From a virus: 64,000 nt of DNA. The notes beneath the pieces are model-generated. The model saw nothing but the letters and a program-made list of their open reading frames with translations. It was not told the origin of the DNA and searched no databases. Both the position numbers and the translations under genes were made by a program. Location of the stretch: positions 64,001 through 128,000 of the IMG/VR virus record IMGVR_UViG_3300030419_004857; one strand, written 5' to 3'. Shown in pieces: positions 8,944 through 19,511 of this stretch (positions within the stretch are counted from its first letter, which is position 1; every line of letters begins with the position of its first letter).

Positions 8944-9863
8944 GAATACTGATGCCTTATTTGTAGTAAAGGAGTGACTTTAATTAATTGTTCTATACCT
9001 TGCTCCATGCTTACACTACATTGAAAACCTTCATCGTTGATTTTACTATAATCTACTTCATAATCTCTTTGATCAGAGTCTTCTCCTATCTCTGCGTAGT
9101 GTACGATAGCTCCTGTTTTTTCTCCAATATATTCTGCCAATTCCGCCTTTGTCCAATTTAAATTGTTGTCCCCAACATTGTATACGTTATGTTTCATATT
9201 TTCATAGTTTTCAATGCCATGAATAAAAGCTCTTGACATATCCTTCACATGAATAAAAGTTCTCCTAAAATGAGCCTGAAAAATATTCAGACACTTTTGC
9301 GTCATTGCTTGATACACAAAGTCGTTAACTAAAAGATTAACCCTCATACATGGGCTAACCCCAAAGCCTGTAGCAAATCTATAGGAAATTGTGTTGGGTG
9401 CAGATCTTATTTCCATTTCCGCAGCTTTCTTTGTTTCTCCATACAAAGACACGGCTCTTAACGGAGATTCTTCTGTACAGACCCCATCCACTTTGCCATA
9501 TACGCTTCCAGTAGAAGCAAAAATTAATGGAGTAGACTCATCTCTATGCTCCAATAAATTCAAAGCCCCGTCGATATTCACAGACGTGGCCAAGGAGGGC
9601 TGTTTTGCACAAGCGGGAAAACCAACAAGAGATGCCAAGTGAATAACTCCATCCACTCCATCTAATGCCTTAACGACATTACCCACACTTATCACGTCTC
9701 CGTACATGAATTCAAAGTTAGGATTTTCTACTAACCCTATCAAAGCATCGCATTGCCCCTTATGAAAGTTGTCTAGACAGCGCACTTTGTAGCCAGAATT
9801 CAAAAGATCTCTACAGAGCACATTTCCAACGTATCCGCCGCCACCGGTAACTAGTATTTTCAT
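8940..9863 (-). CDS. NAD-dependent nucleotide-sugar epimerase/dehydratase
   Basis: TGGGGYVG, ASTGSVYG, YGETK, RTFIHVKD, DQRDY. Confidence 0.85.
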   Translation of the reverse strand: MKILVTGGGGYVGNVLCRDLLNSGYKVRCLDNFHKGQCDALIGLVENPNFEFMYGDVISVGNVVKALDGVDGVIHLASLVGFPACAKQPSLATSVNIDGALNLLEHRDESTPLIFASTGSVYGKVDGVCTEESPLRAVSLYGETKKAAEMEIRSAPNTISYRFATGFGVSPCMRVNLLVNDFVYQAMTQKCLNIFQAHFRRTFIHVKDMSRAFIHGIENYENMKHNVYNVGDNNLNWTKAELAEYIGEKTGAIVHYAEIGEDSDQRDYEVDYSKINDEGFQCSVSMEQGIEQLIKVTPLLQIRHQYS

Positions 9864-9873
9864 GATTCATTCC

Positions 9874-10941
9874 TCAAAGTTTTTCTAGTATTCCCAAAAG
9901 TCTCTGGGCTTCGTTTGTAGTAGTTAGTCTGGTTTTCGTGTATTCGTGTAACTGATCGCGTATATCTAAATAGTTTTTTTCATCAAATCTATCAAAGTCA
10001 ATGCGGCCTCTTTCTTCTCCGGGCAATATCATTTTAGATGTTCCTATAAACGAATTCATATGAGGAGCATACGGAATTTTAGTGCCGGGATAAACACCTG
10101 TTATACTCTTAGCTCGCATGCACAGTTCCTTTGGAAATCGTTCTAAAGTTGTTCTGGGGCACAATTCTATGTCTGTAAAGAAAGGAACGCATCCACAGGC
10201 TAGTATTTCATAATGACGCATACAATCCCAGCCTTCGTCTAAAGCGTCTTCTCTCGCCTTTTTGCAGGTAAATGCAAAATAGCTTTTTTGGTAATCTGCG
10301 TAGTATTCTTTTTCGTTTTCATAAATGTATGATTTCTCATGGGGGTCGTCGCAGTCAGCAAAGGCTGGTATAAGGGGTGCAAAATCAAACGACTTGTCCA
10401 TTGGTTCACAAATTTTTTCTTTGGGAATGGAAAATGAGATTGAAAATGCGTGTGGGATTAATTCTTCGGACAGTTCTCTTTTAAAGTAGGTTACTTTTTT
10501 AGATATACTTGTATTTATATGTTTTCTCTCTCGTCCGTCAAGAATTGCAATTTTATTTTTAGGATAAATTTCCAGTAGATCGTCTAGCATCTCGTGGATA
10601 TGTTCGGCGTTATTGTCTATTGCGTCGGATTGACTGTGGTGAAGTGGGCATATGATATAGTCGTAGTATTTATTTTTTACCTTGCTGAAAAGATCGCTTC
10701 TGTCAATGTCTAAATCAGGCAATAGCCCATATGTGGTAAATCCTTTGCCAGACAAATCTTTAAACATCTCAGGCTTTTCTTCAAAGTCTCTCTTATACAA
10801 ATGCCACAATCTGGGTGCGTCAACAACATCTTCTCCCAAAAATGATCTTAGGCCATGAAAAATGGTATCGCAAAGATAATCCCCAACCTCAGACGGGTGT
10901 AAGTCAGACGTATTCATAATTGGTAGATATAATATCTTCAT
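9874..10941 (-). CDS. Putative glycosyltransferase (GT-B-like)
   Basis: DYLCDTIFHG; GWDCMRHYEILACGCVPFF resembles a GT-B C-terminal motif. Confidence 0.55.
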   Translation of the reverse strand: MKILYLPIMNTSDLHPSEVGDYLCDTIFHGLRSFLGEDVVDAPRLWHLYKRDFEEKPEMFKDLSGKGFTTYGLLPDLDIDRSDLFSKVKNKYYDYIICPLHHSQSDAIDNNAEHIHEMLDDLLEIYPKNKIAILDGRERKHINTSISKKVTYFKRELSEELIPHAFSISFSIPKEKICEPMDKSFDFAPLIPAFADCDDPHEKSYIYENEKEYYADYQKSYFAFTCKKAREDALDEGWDCMRHYEILACGCVPFFTDIELCPRTTLERFPKELCMRAKSITGVYPGTKIPYAPHMNSFIGTSKMILPGEERGRIDFDRFDEKNYLDIRDQLHEYTKTRLTTTNEAQRLLGILEKL

Positions 10942-11894
10942 TAAATCATCTCGCTTACAGCCTTTTTAATTGCATCGATAGATTTAGGATACTTCATTTC
11001 AAACCCAGTCTCCTTAAGCTTACTGTTATCAACCGATACAAGTTTATTGTCACCCTTCCAGTTGGCCTTTTCCCCTAACCACTCAATAGGCTTATGAATA
11101 TTACACACGTCCATTACGGCGTGTGCTATCTCTTCTACACTAGCTGTGTCATCAGAGACAACATTATAGACTCCAGACATGTCTGAAGTTGCGGCAAACA
11201 CAAAAGCATTGACAACGTCTGAAATATGACAAAACGGCTTGATTGATCCGGGTTGATCGCCCAGTACTTGTAGCGATTTTTCGTCCTCGTTTAACTTTCT
11301 TATAAAGTCCTTAAGCACGCCATGAGTAACTCCGTCCCCAACGGTAGCGCATAAACGTAAAGAGACCCCGTTTACCCTGTCCATATTATGATAAATATTC
11401 AGTAGACTTTCACAGGCTACCTTGCTAGCTCCATATACAGATGTTGGAACTGTTTTGTCGTCTTCATAGTATTTTCCAGTTTCAAAAAATTCCTCAAACC
11501 AGTCTCCGTAAACCACCACGGAAGAAGCTAGAACAATTCTACACCCCTCTGGAGCGTAATGTATAACCTTTTGGGTTCCAACAATATTGTCCATCACTAC
11601 TTTGTGCGGGTTAATTTCATCCAGTTTGCTGGTGGGGTATCCAGCAAGGTGAAAAATAACATCAGGTTTGTGTTCGGAGCATACTTTGTCAAAGATGTAA
11701 TAATCTGGCGATTCAATGTTTGACTCACCCAGATCACAAGCGTAATATTTTATGGGTTCTCCGAGATAGTCTTTAAAATTAATAGCTGGCCGTCTTCCCA
11801 TACAAATCAAATCGAACTTGTCTCGTTCGTATGTTAGCCTCTCGGTTAATTTTCTTCCTATGAAACCGCTGGCTCCAGTAAGTAATACTTTCAT
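10941..11894 (-). CDS. NAD-dependent epimerase (GalE-like)
   Basis: TGASGFIG, ASSVVVYG, YGASK, THGVLKDFI, WKGD. Confidence 0.85.
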   Translation of the reverse strand: MKVLLTGASGFIGRKLTERLTYERDKFDLICMGRRPAINFKDYLGEPIKYYACDLGESNIESPDYYIFDKVCSEHKPDVIFHLAGYPTSKLDEINPHKVVMDNIVGTQKVIHYAPEGCRIVLASSVVVYGDWFEEFFETGKYYEDDKTVPTSVYGASKVACESLLNIYHNMDRVNGVSLRLCATVGDGVTHGVLKDFIRKLNEDEKSLQVLGDQPGSIKPFCHISDVVNAFVFAATSDMSGVYNVVSDDTASVEEIAHAVMDVCNIHKPIEWLGEKANWKGDNKLVSVDNSKLKETGFEMKYPKSIDAIKKAVSEMI

Positions 11895-12934
11895 TTTATC
11901 ATGCCTTTGTATAGTGTTAAGCAGTTGTCTTTTTCATTTTTCATTCCAAGTTCTTCAAATATTTTTGCGACTCTGTGAAAGTATGTATGTCTATCTAGGA
12001 CGCAATTATAACCCTTGGTAATATGTTTCTCTCTTTTTTCTGGATGCTTGATGTAGTGCTCTATCTTATTTTTAAAATCCATTGGGCTTTTTGCAAAAAC
12101 AATTTCGCCATTTGGAAAAATTTCTTCTGCCATAGACTTAACGTAGTCTGAAATACAAAATCCCTGACTCATTAATATTTTAAAAGGTCTTTCAATAACA
12201 TCGTACCCAAAATCTTGCGAGTGTGGTTCACTTACATTTGGACAAATCTTAGCGGATCTAAAAACGTGTTTCACCTCATCGTTGTTGATACTCCCTAAGT
12301 ATTGTACTACTGGCCAGTCAGAATTGCCAAATATTTTTATATTATATTTTCCAACAGGCTTGCACAATGGAATCAAATACTTATCAATGGATTTTGCTTT
12401 GTACTCCCAGTACCCTCCAACAAAAGATAGGTCACTCTTGTATTCCGGCTTTTCCTCGCCGTTAGCATAGTCGAATACATCCGCCGCATGAATCAGGGAG
12501 ACCGGTTTAACTCCTATATCTTTCCATTTATTGTGAGTAACTTTCATCCACTTGGCTGTGTAGTGATTGTGAACAAAATCAGGCTTGCCAGTCTCCTCCT
12601 TTAGTTTTTCAACCCATTTTATTTCATCTTCTCGGGCAGACAAAACTGGATACTTATCTTTATCTATGTCTTTCTGCATATCTCCCCAATCGGACGCCCG
12701 CATCACTACCTTTAGATGAGGTCTCTCTTTTATACACGTAAATAGCGCCCTGTCTAGGTTATAGGTTTGTCCTAGAAAGATATCTGGCTCCATTTCATCA
12801 AAAGCGTCAAACGCAGGAACTTCATGCACGTCCCATACCCCCACGTCATGACCCATTGCGTTAAAAACCCTAGCCCACCCCATTCTGATGTAGTAATGTG
12901 CGTGAGGTCCATCACTAGATATCATTATTTTCAT
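11891..12934 (-). CDS. CgeB-like glycosyltransferase
   Basis: DLSFVG, IFGN..W, SAKICPN, ERPFKIL..GFCISD, HTYFHRV. Confidence 0.8.
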   Translation of the reverse strand: MKIMISSDGPHAHYYIRMGWARVFNAMGHDVGVWDVHEVPAFDAFDEMEPDIFLGQTYNLDRALFTCIKERPHLKVVMRASDWGDMQKDIDKDKYPVLSAREDEIKWVEKLKEETGKPDFVHNHYTAKWMKVTHNKWKDIGVKPVSLIHAADVFDYANGEEKPEYKSDLSFVGGYWEYKAKSIDKYLIPLCKPVGKYNIKIFGNSDWPVVQYLGSINNDEVKHVFRSAKICPNVSEPHSQDFGYDVIERPFKILMSQGFCISDYVKSMAEEIFPNGEIVFAKSPMDFKNKIEHYIKHPEKREKHITKGYNCVLDRHTYFHRVAKIFEELGMKNEKDNCLTLYKGMIK

Positions 12935-13650
12935 GTTTTTATATCCCTCAAGGAGTCCACTTCTTGTATCTTCATTCCCTTCGGCTCTACTGTCTCAATT
13001 TCAAAACCTTCGTCTATAATGATATTAAACAATTCAAAGGGATACATTTTGTTTCTTTTTCTATTGGAGCATAGGGCTTTAAACAGTGATAAAACCTCGC
13101 CCTCCAGATAGATAATCTGACCCCACTTAATGTCTAAGCCGTAAGCGAAATTAGTAACCAAGTTATCAACCACGGTGACCCCCACCTCTTCATTCTTAAA
13201 ACTGTTTTTAGAATCTACCACCACGCACGAATTACCATCGGTCAGGTTGGTGATTGATTTTGTATTAAAAATAAGATCGCCGTAGATTATTAATACTCTT
13301 GTATTAGTTATACTGTTTAATGCGAGCCTTAAACTTTCTACAACATTAGTTTCAGAATAGAATTGATTTTCTATAATTCTAACGCCCTTGGGAATGGTTT
13401 TAATTACCCTGTCTGCCTCAAAACCAACCACTGTGGTGATCTCGGAATTTGGATAGACTTTTTTAACATTTTTAATTATGTTTTCAATTATTGTCTGAGT
13501 TGTAGAAATTGGAAGTAGGCATTTAGGACCGTAGGATTTCATCCTATGTCCGGTTCCAGCCGCAGGAATAATAACAGATAAATCATTATTCTCGATTGTT
13601 GTGGATGGTCGTTTTTTGACCGCTGTTGTATATCTGTTATATTTTTTCAT
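12931..13650 (-). CDS. Sugar/choline-phosphate nucleotidyltransferase (LicC/NTP_transf-like)
   Basis: IIPAAGTGHRMK..GPKCLL, YGDL, EVDS..D. Confidence 0.8.
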   Translation of the reverse strand: MKKYNRYTTAVKKRPSTTIENNDLSVIIPAAGTGHRMKSYGPKCLLPISTTQTIIENIIKNVKKVYPNSEITTVVGFEADRVIKTIPKGVRIIENQFYSETNVVESLRLALNSITNTRVLIIYGDLIFNTKSITNLTDGNSCVVVDSKNSFKNEEVGVTVVDNLVTNFAYGLDIKWGQIIYLEGEVLSLFKALCSNRKRNKMYPFELFNIIIDEGFEIETVEPKGMKIQEVDSLRDIKT

Positions 13651-14449
13651 TGGCTCTAGCAGTTAGCTTGTGTCTAATTTTTGCCCAATTTTCCTCCCAG
13701 ACATCCCTATTCACCACGAAGCTAGAGTTATCTCCCGTTACTCGAACAAGAGTTAAGGATTCTGGAATATGGACTATCATGTATTTTTCACTTATTCTAG
13801 TCCACAAGTCGTAATCTTCGCAAACCCTCATAGTCTTGTCATAGTATCCGGTGTTTTCTTTTACGTCTATCAAGGCTTGCTTATTAATTATCGATCCGCT
13901 ATGAACAATACACTCTTCTAGCAGCCTTCTTCTGCTAAAAGGCTCCTTAAATTCTCTTATCATCTTTCCTGTGTTTATTGTGTATGTGTCATAATCACCA
14001 TAAACGGCTCCAATACGATCCATATCTTCCATCATGATATTGACACATTTTGAAATTTTATTCGGCTTCATTTCATCATCTGAATCTAAGACCGCATATA
14101 TGTCCGTAGACTCCAATGTGTATTTTATTCCTTCGTTTCTAGCATCACTAGGTCCACCGTTTGGTTTTTTAACAGCGACCAAGCCTCTTTTTTTGACCTT
14201 GCCTCTATGATTGATGGTGTCGGTTAATACTTCAATGTTTTCGTGTGCTTTTCTAGAAACAGTTTGTCCAAAGATACCTTCAATTTTATCCCACGATCCA
14301 TCTGTAGAACCGTCGTCTATGATACATGCGCACAAAGGCCCATCGTAATCTTGCTTGATGGCACTATTGTAAGCTTTTATGATATAATCCTGATCGTTAT
14401 AGTTAGCGATCAGTACTGTTACTCTTGGTAAAGACATCTGATAATTCAT
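13637..14449 (-). CDS. Family 2 glycosyltransferase
   Basis: VLIANYN, IDDGSTD, NGGPSDARN.G, LDSDD, EDYDLW. Confidence 0.9.
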   Translation of the reverse strand: MNYQMSLPRVTVLIANYNDQDYIIKAYNSAIKQDYDGPLCACIIDDGSTDGSWDKIEGIFGQTVSRKAHENIEVLTDTINHRGKVKKRGLVAVKKPNGGPSDARNEGIKYTLESTDIYAVLDSDDEMKPNKISKCVNIMMEDMDRIGAVYGDYDTYTINTGKMIREFKEPFSRRRLLEECIVHSGSIINKQALIDVKENTGYYDKTMRVCEDYDLWTRISEKYMIVHIPESLTLVRVTGDNSSFVVNRDVWEENWAKIRHKLTARANEKI

Positions 14450-15251
14450 CCCATGTATACACTAGGCTGGCTTTTGACCCGTCTTCGTTTTGAATATTTT
14501 TAATTTTTAATTCTAGAGTGTCTTCTAAATTTCCGTGAAGATGCTTATGTAAAACGCTGTGAACAGTCATCATACTTACTTCATCTTTGCTTTTCACCAT
14601 GCCGATATTTAGTAACTGCGTGTTAATGGCATGACTTAAAATTTCGTCCATATTATGGATAATTGTGTCCCCAGCTTTGAGCACGCAATAAAATCCATTT
14701 TTTACATTCAAAAATCCAATATCTATGCGATCAAAACTAGTAGATGTTTCCGTTGTTACCTTCATGATTTTATAATCTGTACCTTCAGAAAAAATATCCT
14801 GCGCCTCTTGAAGCAATTCTAAGGGTGACAACTGAGCGTTTGGTAGATTATTGACTACAATGAAATAGCCCGGAGGGTATTTTAATCCGTCATGAATACT
14901 TTTTACCGTTTTGGATATGTCTGCAAAGATTTCGTCTTTATCTTTAGGTTCTTCAATTAGAATCATGAACCCAATTTTGGGAATGGTCTCTTTTTCGTAT
15001 ACTTTGACTAAGTCCTTTCCAGAGTGAAGCTCCGACCATGATTCCAGTCTATATCCAGTACACACTCCATCAATAACATAAAATTCTTTGTCATGGTCTT
15101 CTGCTTCTATAACTTCAATATCATTTTTTGTAAAGTGTTCTATGCGATTTAAATCGCATGATACTTGTGTTTTTCCAATGTAATGAGCAAAGGCACATTT
15201 TTTGCAACTTGTCGAAAGCGTATTTACTTGATTAAATGCGTCGTAGGTCAT
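14403..15251 (-). CDS. Hypothetical protein with N-terminal 4-Cys cluster
   Basis: CKKC...C...C; overlaps neighbours in the operon. Confidence 0.6.
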   Translation of the reverse strand: MTYDAFNQVNTLSTSCKKCAFAHYIGKTQVSCDLNRIEHFTKNDIEVIEAEDHDKEFYVIDGVCTGYRLESWSELHSGKDLVKVYEKETIPKIGFMILIEEPKDKDEIFADISKTVKSIHDGLKYPPGYFIVVNNLPNAQLSPLELLQEAQDIFSEGTDYKIMKVTTETSTSFDRIDIGFLNVKNGFYCVLKAGDTIIHNMDEILSHAINTQLLNIGMVKSKDEVSMMTVHSVLHKHLHGNLEDTLELKIKNIQNEDGSKASLVYTWDELSDVFTKSNSTDR

Positions 15252-15721
15252 GGTCTTTCGCCTTCTATTACTAGATTGAATCCATCAGTTCTCTTTTTTA
15301 AGATTTTTACACCACAAGATTCCAATTTTTTTTGCAAGTCTTCAATGGTGGCATGACTCATTAACACGTCCCAAGGCCCAGAAAACGTGCCATGAGTAAG
15401 CAGGTTAAATTCTACAATGTTAATTTCCTTATAGTAAAACATTTTACTGACCTGATGAGCGTCTATACCGCCGATTACGATTTTTCCACCATGTCTTAAT
15501 TTTTTCACCCAGTGTAACAAAGTCTGATCGGCCTCATTAGCCTCCAGATAACCAAGAACGTTTTCAGCTATCAATTCGGTGCATTCGGAATCCAGAACTA
15601 ATTCATCTAGATTTCGTATATCGGCCTTAACGCTACCCTCGACATTCCCGCCCGTAATGGGGTCTATATTGAGATAGCCCGGCTTAACCAGTTCCTTACC
15701 CACGCTGATATGTATTTTCAT
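15248..15721 (-). CDS. Short class I methyltransferase-like protein (degenerate motif I)
   Basis: GYLNID, ADI..L, ENVLGYL, W.KKLRHGGKI. Confidence 0.6.
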   Translation of the reverse strand: MKIHISVGKELVKPGYLNIDPITGGNVEGSVKADIRNLDELVLDSECTELIAENVLGYLEANEADQTLLHWVKKLRHGGKIVIGGIDAHQVSKMFYYKEINIVEFNLLTHGTFSGPWDVLMSHATIEDLQKKLESCGVKILKKRTDGFNLVIEGERP

Positions 15722-15722
15722 G

Positions 15723-16742
15723 TCATCCTCTAAAACAAATTTGAGAAGCTGTATTAAATATATTATCCCAGTTTCTTATAAATTGATTCTGTGAGAAACG
15801 CCCTTCAATAGTTTTCCTAGCTTCGGCTCCCAATTTTTGAGATAATTCTTCATCGTTTAACAAATCTATTAAATATTGTTCCAACTCTTTTTCATCATTG
15901 CTGATGAACCCATTGATTCCATTTTCTATTATTTCAGGTATCATACATGTGGAAGTAGAGACCACTGCACACCCACATGCCATAGCTTCAAGCAACGCTG
16001 TAGGTACAGGAGATATGGTAGACGTGTTTAAAAAGATTCTGCTCGTTTGGTAATTTTTGACAAGCTCCTCTGTATTTTTTGCTGGTTCAGATAGACCCGG
16101 AGTATCGCCCACAACAAATGTTGGCAATTTGTTAGCAACCCTCTGCCATATGTTAAAACCGCAGCACCAATCTCTGTTAATCCAATCGTTTACAACTGAC
16201 AAGATATGATCTTCTCTTTCAACTTCTGCATCTGGTTTAAACAATTCACAATCTACACCATGATGGATTACTGCTGTGTCGCCATTATTTTGCCACTTCC
16301 ATTTGTCGATACTAAACTCAGAGATGAAAACATTTATGTCTCCGCGCATATTCTGTAGTGATTGTAGAATTTCGGCTGACCAGTTGGGAACTGGCAGCGT
16401 ATGTTCAAGACTAACAAGTGGTAGGTGTAAATTTTTTGAAAATTGGTTTGCTATTTGATACTGCCCAAACTTATTTTGAGACAATACTAGATCTAAATCA
16501 AGATGCAAAGGTATCTGATCTTCTTTTAGGTCTTTATTGAGTAATTGATAGTTTTCGGGAATTTTGGCATAAGATTCGTTCCAGTCTTTTATACCGTCTG
16601 CTCTATAAGAGTAGAAATTGTGCCCCGTTCTGCATAAAAGACTTTCGTATCTTTCGTGTGTAGGAAAGGTTAAAATGTTGAGCGGTTCAGATATACGTCT
16701 GACAGAGGCTCTCATTATTGATGATACTGGACTAGTTGGCAT
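15723..16742 (-). CDS. Family 4 glycosyltransferase
   Basis: IHHGVD..LFKP, LLEAMACGCAVV, PEIIENGINGF. Confidence 0.9.
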   Translation of the reverse strand: MPTSPVSSIMRASVRRISEPLNILTFPTHERYESLLCRTGHNFYSYRADGIKDWNESYAKIPENYQLLNKDLKEDQIPLHLDLDLVLSQNKFGQYQIANQFSKNLHLPLVSLEHTLPVPNWSAEILQSLQNMRGDINVFISEFSIDKWKWQNNGDTAVIHHGVDCELFKPDAEVEREDHILSVVNDWINRDWCCGFNIWQRVANKLPTFVVGDTPGLSEPAKNTEELVKNYQTSRIFLNTSTISPVPTALLEAMACGCAVVSTSTCMIPEIIENGINGFISNDEKELEQYLIDLLNDEELSQKLGAEARKTIEGRFSQNQFIRNWDNIFNTASQICFRG

Positions 16743-17865
16743 TTAACGCCTCTTTTATCAGGGTTCCTATTGCCTCATGAGAGTGGTTATACGCAGACTT
16801 CAACCCCTGACTCTTCATCTCTTTATACGGTTCTTTGTTTTCATCACGAGACATGTTATATATTCTTCTCATCTCTTTCATAAGCTTCAATATATCTATC
16901 GACACCCATCTTTCATAACCAGTATATAATTCTACAAATGTGTCAATCATTCCACTTACCGGCTCTACCCTGCCATCGACTAAAACGCCGCCACCATTAT
17001 TTAAAAAGTCTGCCATTCCCCCGACGTTTGTACAAATGGGAGTTTTTCCAAATCCCATAGCATCAAAAGCTGGAATACACCACGCCTCTCCGTAACTAGG
17101 CATTACAAAACAATCGCATCCAGAATGAAGACGATACAGATCCTCTTGACTAAGAAAGTCGGTAATTATTAGATCTTCTTTGTAGTCGTCAAGTGATGGA
17201 TATAGCTTTAAATCAGATTTTACCTGATCACAAAGTGATTTAACTTCTCCAGCACATTCATCTGGAGAAAGACCATACTTGTTTGTTTTTATAACCATCG
17301 ATACTGGTTCGGTAGCATGAAACTCTAGATGAAACGCTTTGATCAAAGCCTCTAGATTTTTCCTTTTGTTTAGCTCTCCGATAAAATAAAAAATGAATGA
17401 GTCCTGTGAGTTTGGTAATTCAAACTTCTTATAGCCACGTTCAAATTTAGAAAAGTCTGTGGCGTGTGGGATAATTTTGATTGGTACATTAACCCCGCAA
17501 TTCTGCGAAGAAGAAGCCATCTCGTTATTAATAACCCAAGCCTCGTCCATAAGGTTTATCTTTTCCACCCAAGGCGGTTTTACAAACAAGTCTGTTTCCG
17601 TAGCGTATAAGGCGATATTTTTTTCGAATCTTCCATTGTAATCCATCATATGGGGCAGAACATGCTGGATACATACGTCACAACCTCTACTATCTCTACC
17701 CTCTAGTTCAGTTAAACGTGCAGGAATTTCTGGATTTCTGACATTTAATTTAACCGGTCTTGGAACAACGTTTATTCCAACCGAGTCCATAGCAAGGATA
17801 TAATCCGTAGCGGCATTGCCCCATCCGGTTCCATCTCTATAACATCCTATATATAATACTTTCAT
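16732..17865 (-). CDS. Family 4 glycosyltransferase
   Basis: RKNLEALIKAF, DCFVMPSYGEAWCIPAFDAMGFGK. Confidence 0.9.
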   Translation of the reverse strand: MKVLYIGCYRDGTGWGNAATDYILAMDSVGINVVPRPVKLNVRNPEIPARLTELEGRDSRGCDVCIQHVLPHMMDYNGRFEKNIALYATETDLFVKPPWVEKINLMDEAWVINNEMASSSQNCGVNVPIKIIPHATDFSKFERGYKKFELPNSQDSFIFYFIGELNKRKNLEALIKAFHLEFHATEPVSMVIKTNKYGLSPDECAGEVKSLCDQVKSDLKLYPSLDDYKEDLIITDFLSQEDLYRLHSGCDCFVMPSYGEAWCIPAFDAMGFGKTPICTNVGGMADFLNNGGGVLVDGRVEPVSGMIDTFVELYTGYERWVSIDILKLMKEMRRIYNMSRDENKEPYKEMKSQGLKSAYNHSHEAIGTLIKEALNAN

Positions 17866-19511
17866 CTGCCAACCCTGTTATATCTTTGTGTTTCCCATTT
17901 GTTTCTATGATTACAGAGTTGTGCAGCCATATTGTAAGCCTTCTCTTTGTCAAAAGATTCATATTGAGGCTTAACAAATTGATAAGAATCTTCATTTACA
18001 TAAGTATCTCCGGTTCCTTGTATGAACATCCCGTAATTTAAGTCTCGTATCATTCTAGCTTCCATATAACTGTTTAGTTTCTCTGGGTCGCCTAGAACAT
18101 TGATAATTAACCATTGTACGTATTCTCGGGGGCTTAGGTTTTCGGGAACCTGCGTTAAGGGCTGGTGGATTACAGGTGGGGACAGCCATGTTTCCTCTGA
18201 TGGGGGAACAATCACGCTATCAAAATAATCTTCCCACTTTTTAGCGGTGGCGTCCCATTGGTAATGTTTGTCAAAATTTGATTTGGTTTTATCTGATAAT
18301 TTCTTTCTATCTTGTTCTGATAGATTAAAAAACTCGTTCATTTTAGCGGCGGTATAATCATTGTCTGGCACAGCCCTGTTGCACCCAGTTTCCAATTCTT
18401 GGTACACAGCCTTCACTTTTAGAGGAATCCCCTCCAGTTTACGCACCACGCTGGACATAGCGGAATAATCAATGCTCATAACCGGAATAGCACAAGCCGC
18501 AGCTTCTACTTGGGGTAAACCAAACCCCTCACTGTTTGCGTATTGGATATATAAGTCGAATGTATTTGTTATCTTGGAGAGATCTTGGTAAGATACCCCT
18601 TTTTGCACGTTGGACAATCCTGCGGCATATGAATTACAACGAACGCATTTGGCTCTAGCGTCCGAAAAGAACATCGGAAAAACATGTTCGCAGTGCTGAC
18701 AAACATAAGTAAATATAACTTTGCTACTGAGTCCATACCTATTTATTAACTTTGGTATATCCCATCCCAAGTCTGGGTAACTGGTGTGGCAGTAAAGGTA
18801 AACGTCGGATCTACCAGAAACGTTTAAGAATTTTCTAAATGCCTCAAATAGATCTGGAAATAGTTTCCGTCTCTGGTTTCTCATTATTGTTCCCACAATT
18901 TGCATAGATGGATCAAAACCCATACTTATCTTGTGGTTAATTTTATTTTCCACCGGGGTATATGCGGCGTTGGCGGAAGGAGGGGCAGAACCCAGACATT
19001 TGATTACATTATTGCTTTCTCGTTTAAGTAGGTCTCGGCCCCAATCTGAATAGGCAAAAACTGCATCGGCATTAGAGAAGGTAGATAGCCACTGTTCGTT
19101 TTGTGGTTCAGCGTCTACTGTTGGCATAATTGCCCAATTGAAAAGTCTTCTAAATGGAGACCTTTCTTGGTAATCTATCATCCAAAAATCTCTGATATCA
19201 AAAACGATATCAGGAAGAAAATCTAGAAGGACATTTTCAAACTGCCATTCACCAAACTGATTTGTTGGAACAGAGTTGTATGTATCAACTTCCTGTTTGT
19301 TTGTTAAGTCTGGGAGATTACCATAAAAACCCCAAGGGATTTCTTTAGCTCTTGGGTCCGTATCGTCTCCATAACTAGCAAATTCAGCCAGATCATACTT
19401 TCCAGTATTAAAAAGCCTTCTCATTACTTCTCTACCGTAAGTTGCATATCCAGTATTAAGATATGTAGCTTCGCAACAAAGAAGAATCCTTTTTTTTCTA
19501 TTCATTGGCAT
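17862..19511 (-). CDS. Family 4 glycosyltransferase with Zn-ribbon insertion
   Basis: TGYATYG, RNQRRK..P.L, GWDIP.L, SEGFGLPQVEAAAC; inserted CQHC...CVRC. Confidence 0.85.
   Translation of the reverse strand: MPMNRKKRILLCCEATYLNTGYATYGREVMRRLFNTGKYDLAEFASYGDDTDPRAKEIPWGFYGNLPDLTNKQEVDTYNSVPTNQFGEWQFENVLLDFLPDIVFDIRDFWMIDYQERSPFRRLFNWAIMPTVDAEPQNEQWLSTFSNADAVFAYSDWGRDLLKRESNNVIKCLGSAPPSANAAYTPVENKINHKISMGFDPSMQIVGTIMRNQRRKLFPDLFEAFRKFLNVSGRSDVYLYCHTSYPDLGWDIPKLINRYGLSSKVIFTYVCQHCEHVFPMFFSDARAKCVRCNSYAAGLSNVQKGVSYQDLSKITNTFDLYIQYANSEGFGLPQVEAAACAIPVMSIDYSAMSSVVRKLEGIPLKVKAVYQELETGCNRAVPDNDYTAAKMNEFFNLSEQDRKKLSDKTKSNFDKHYQWDATAKKWEDYFDSVIVPPSEETWLSPPVIHQPLTQVPENLSPREYVQWLIINVLGDPEKLNSYMEARMIRDLNYGMFIQGTGDTYVNEDSYQFVKPQYESFDKEKAYNMAAQLCNHRNKWETQRYNRVGR

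Noticed and set aside
7515-19511. Bacterial chromosomal O-antigen or capsule locus
   Set aside because: No wzx/wzy/wzz/ABC export genes; continuous with phage replication and rII genes.
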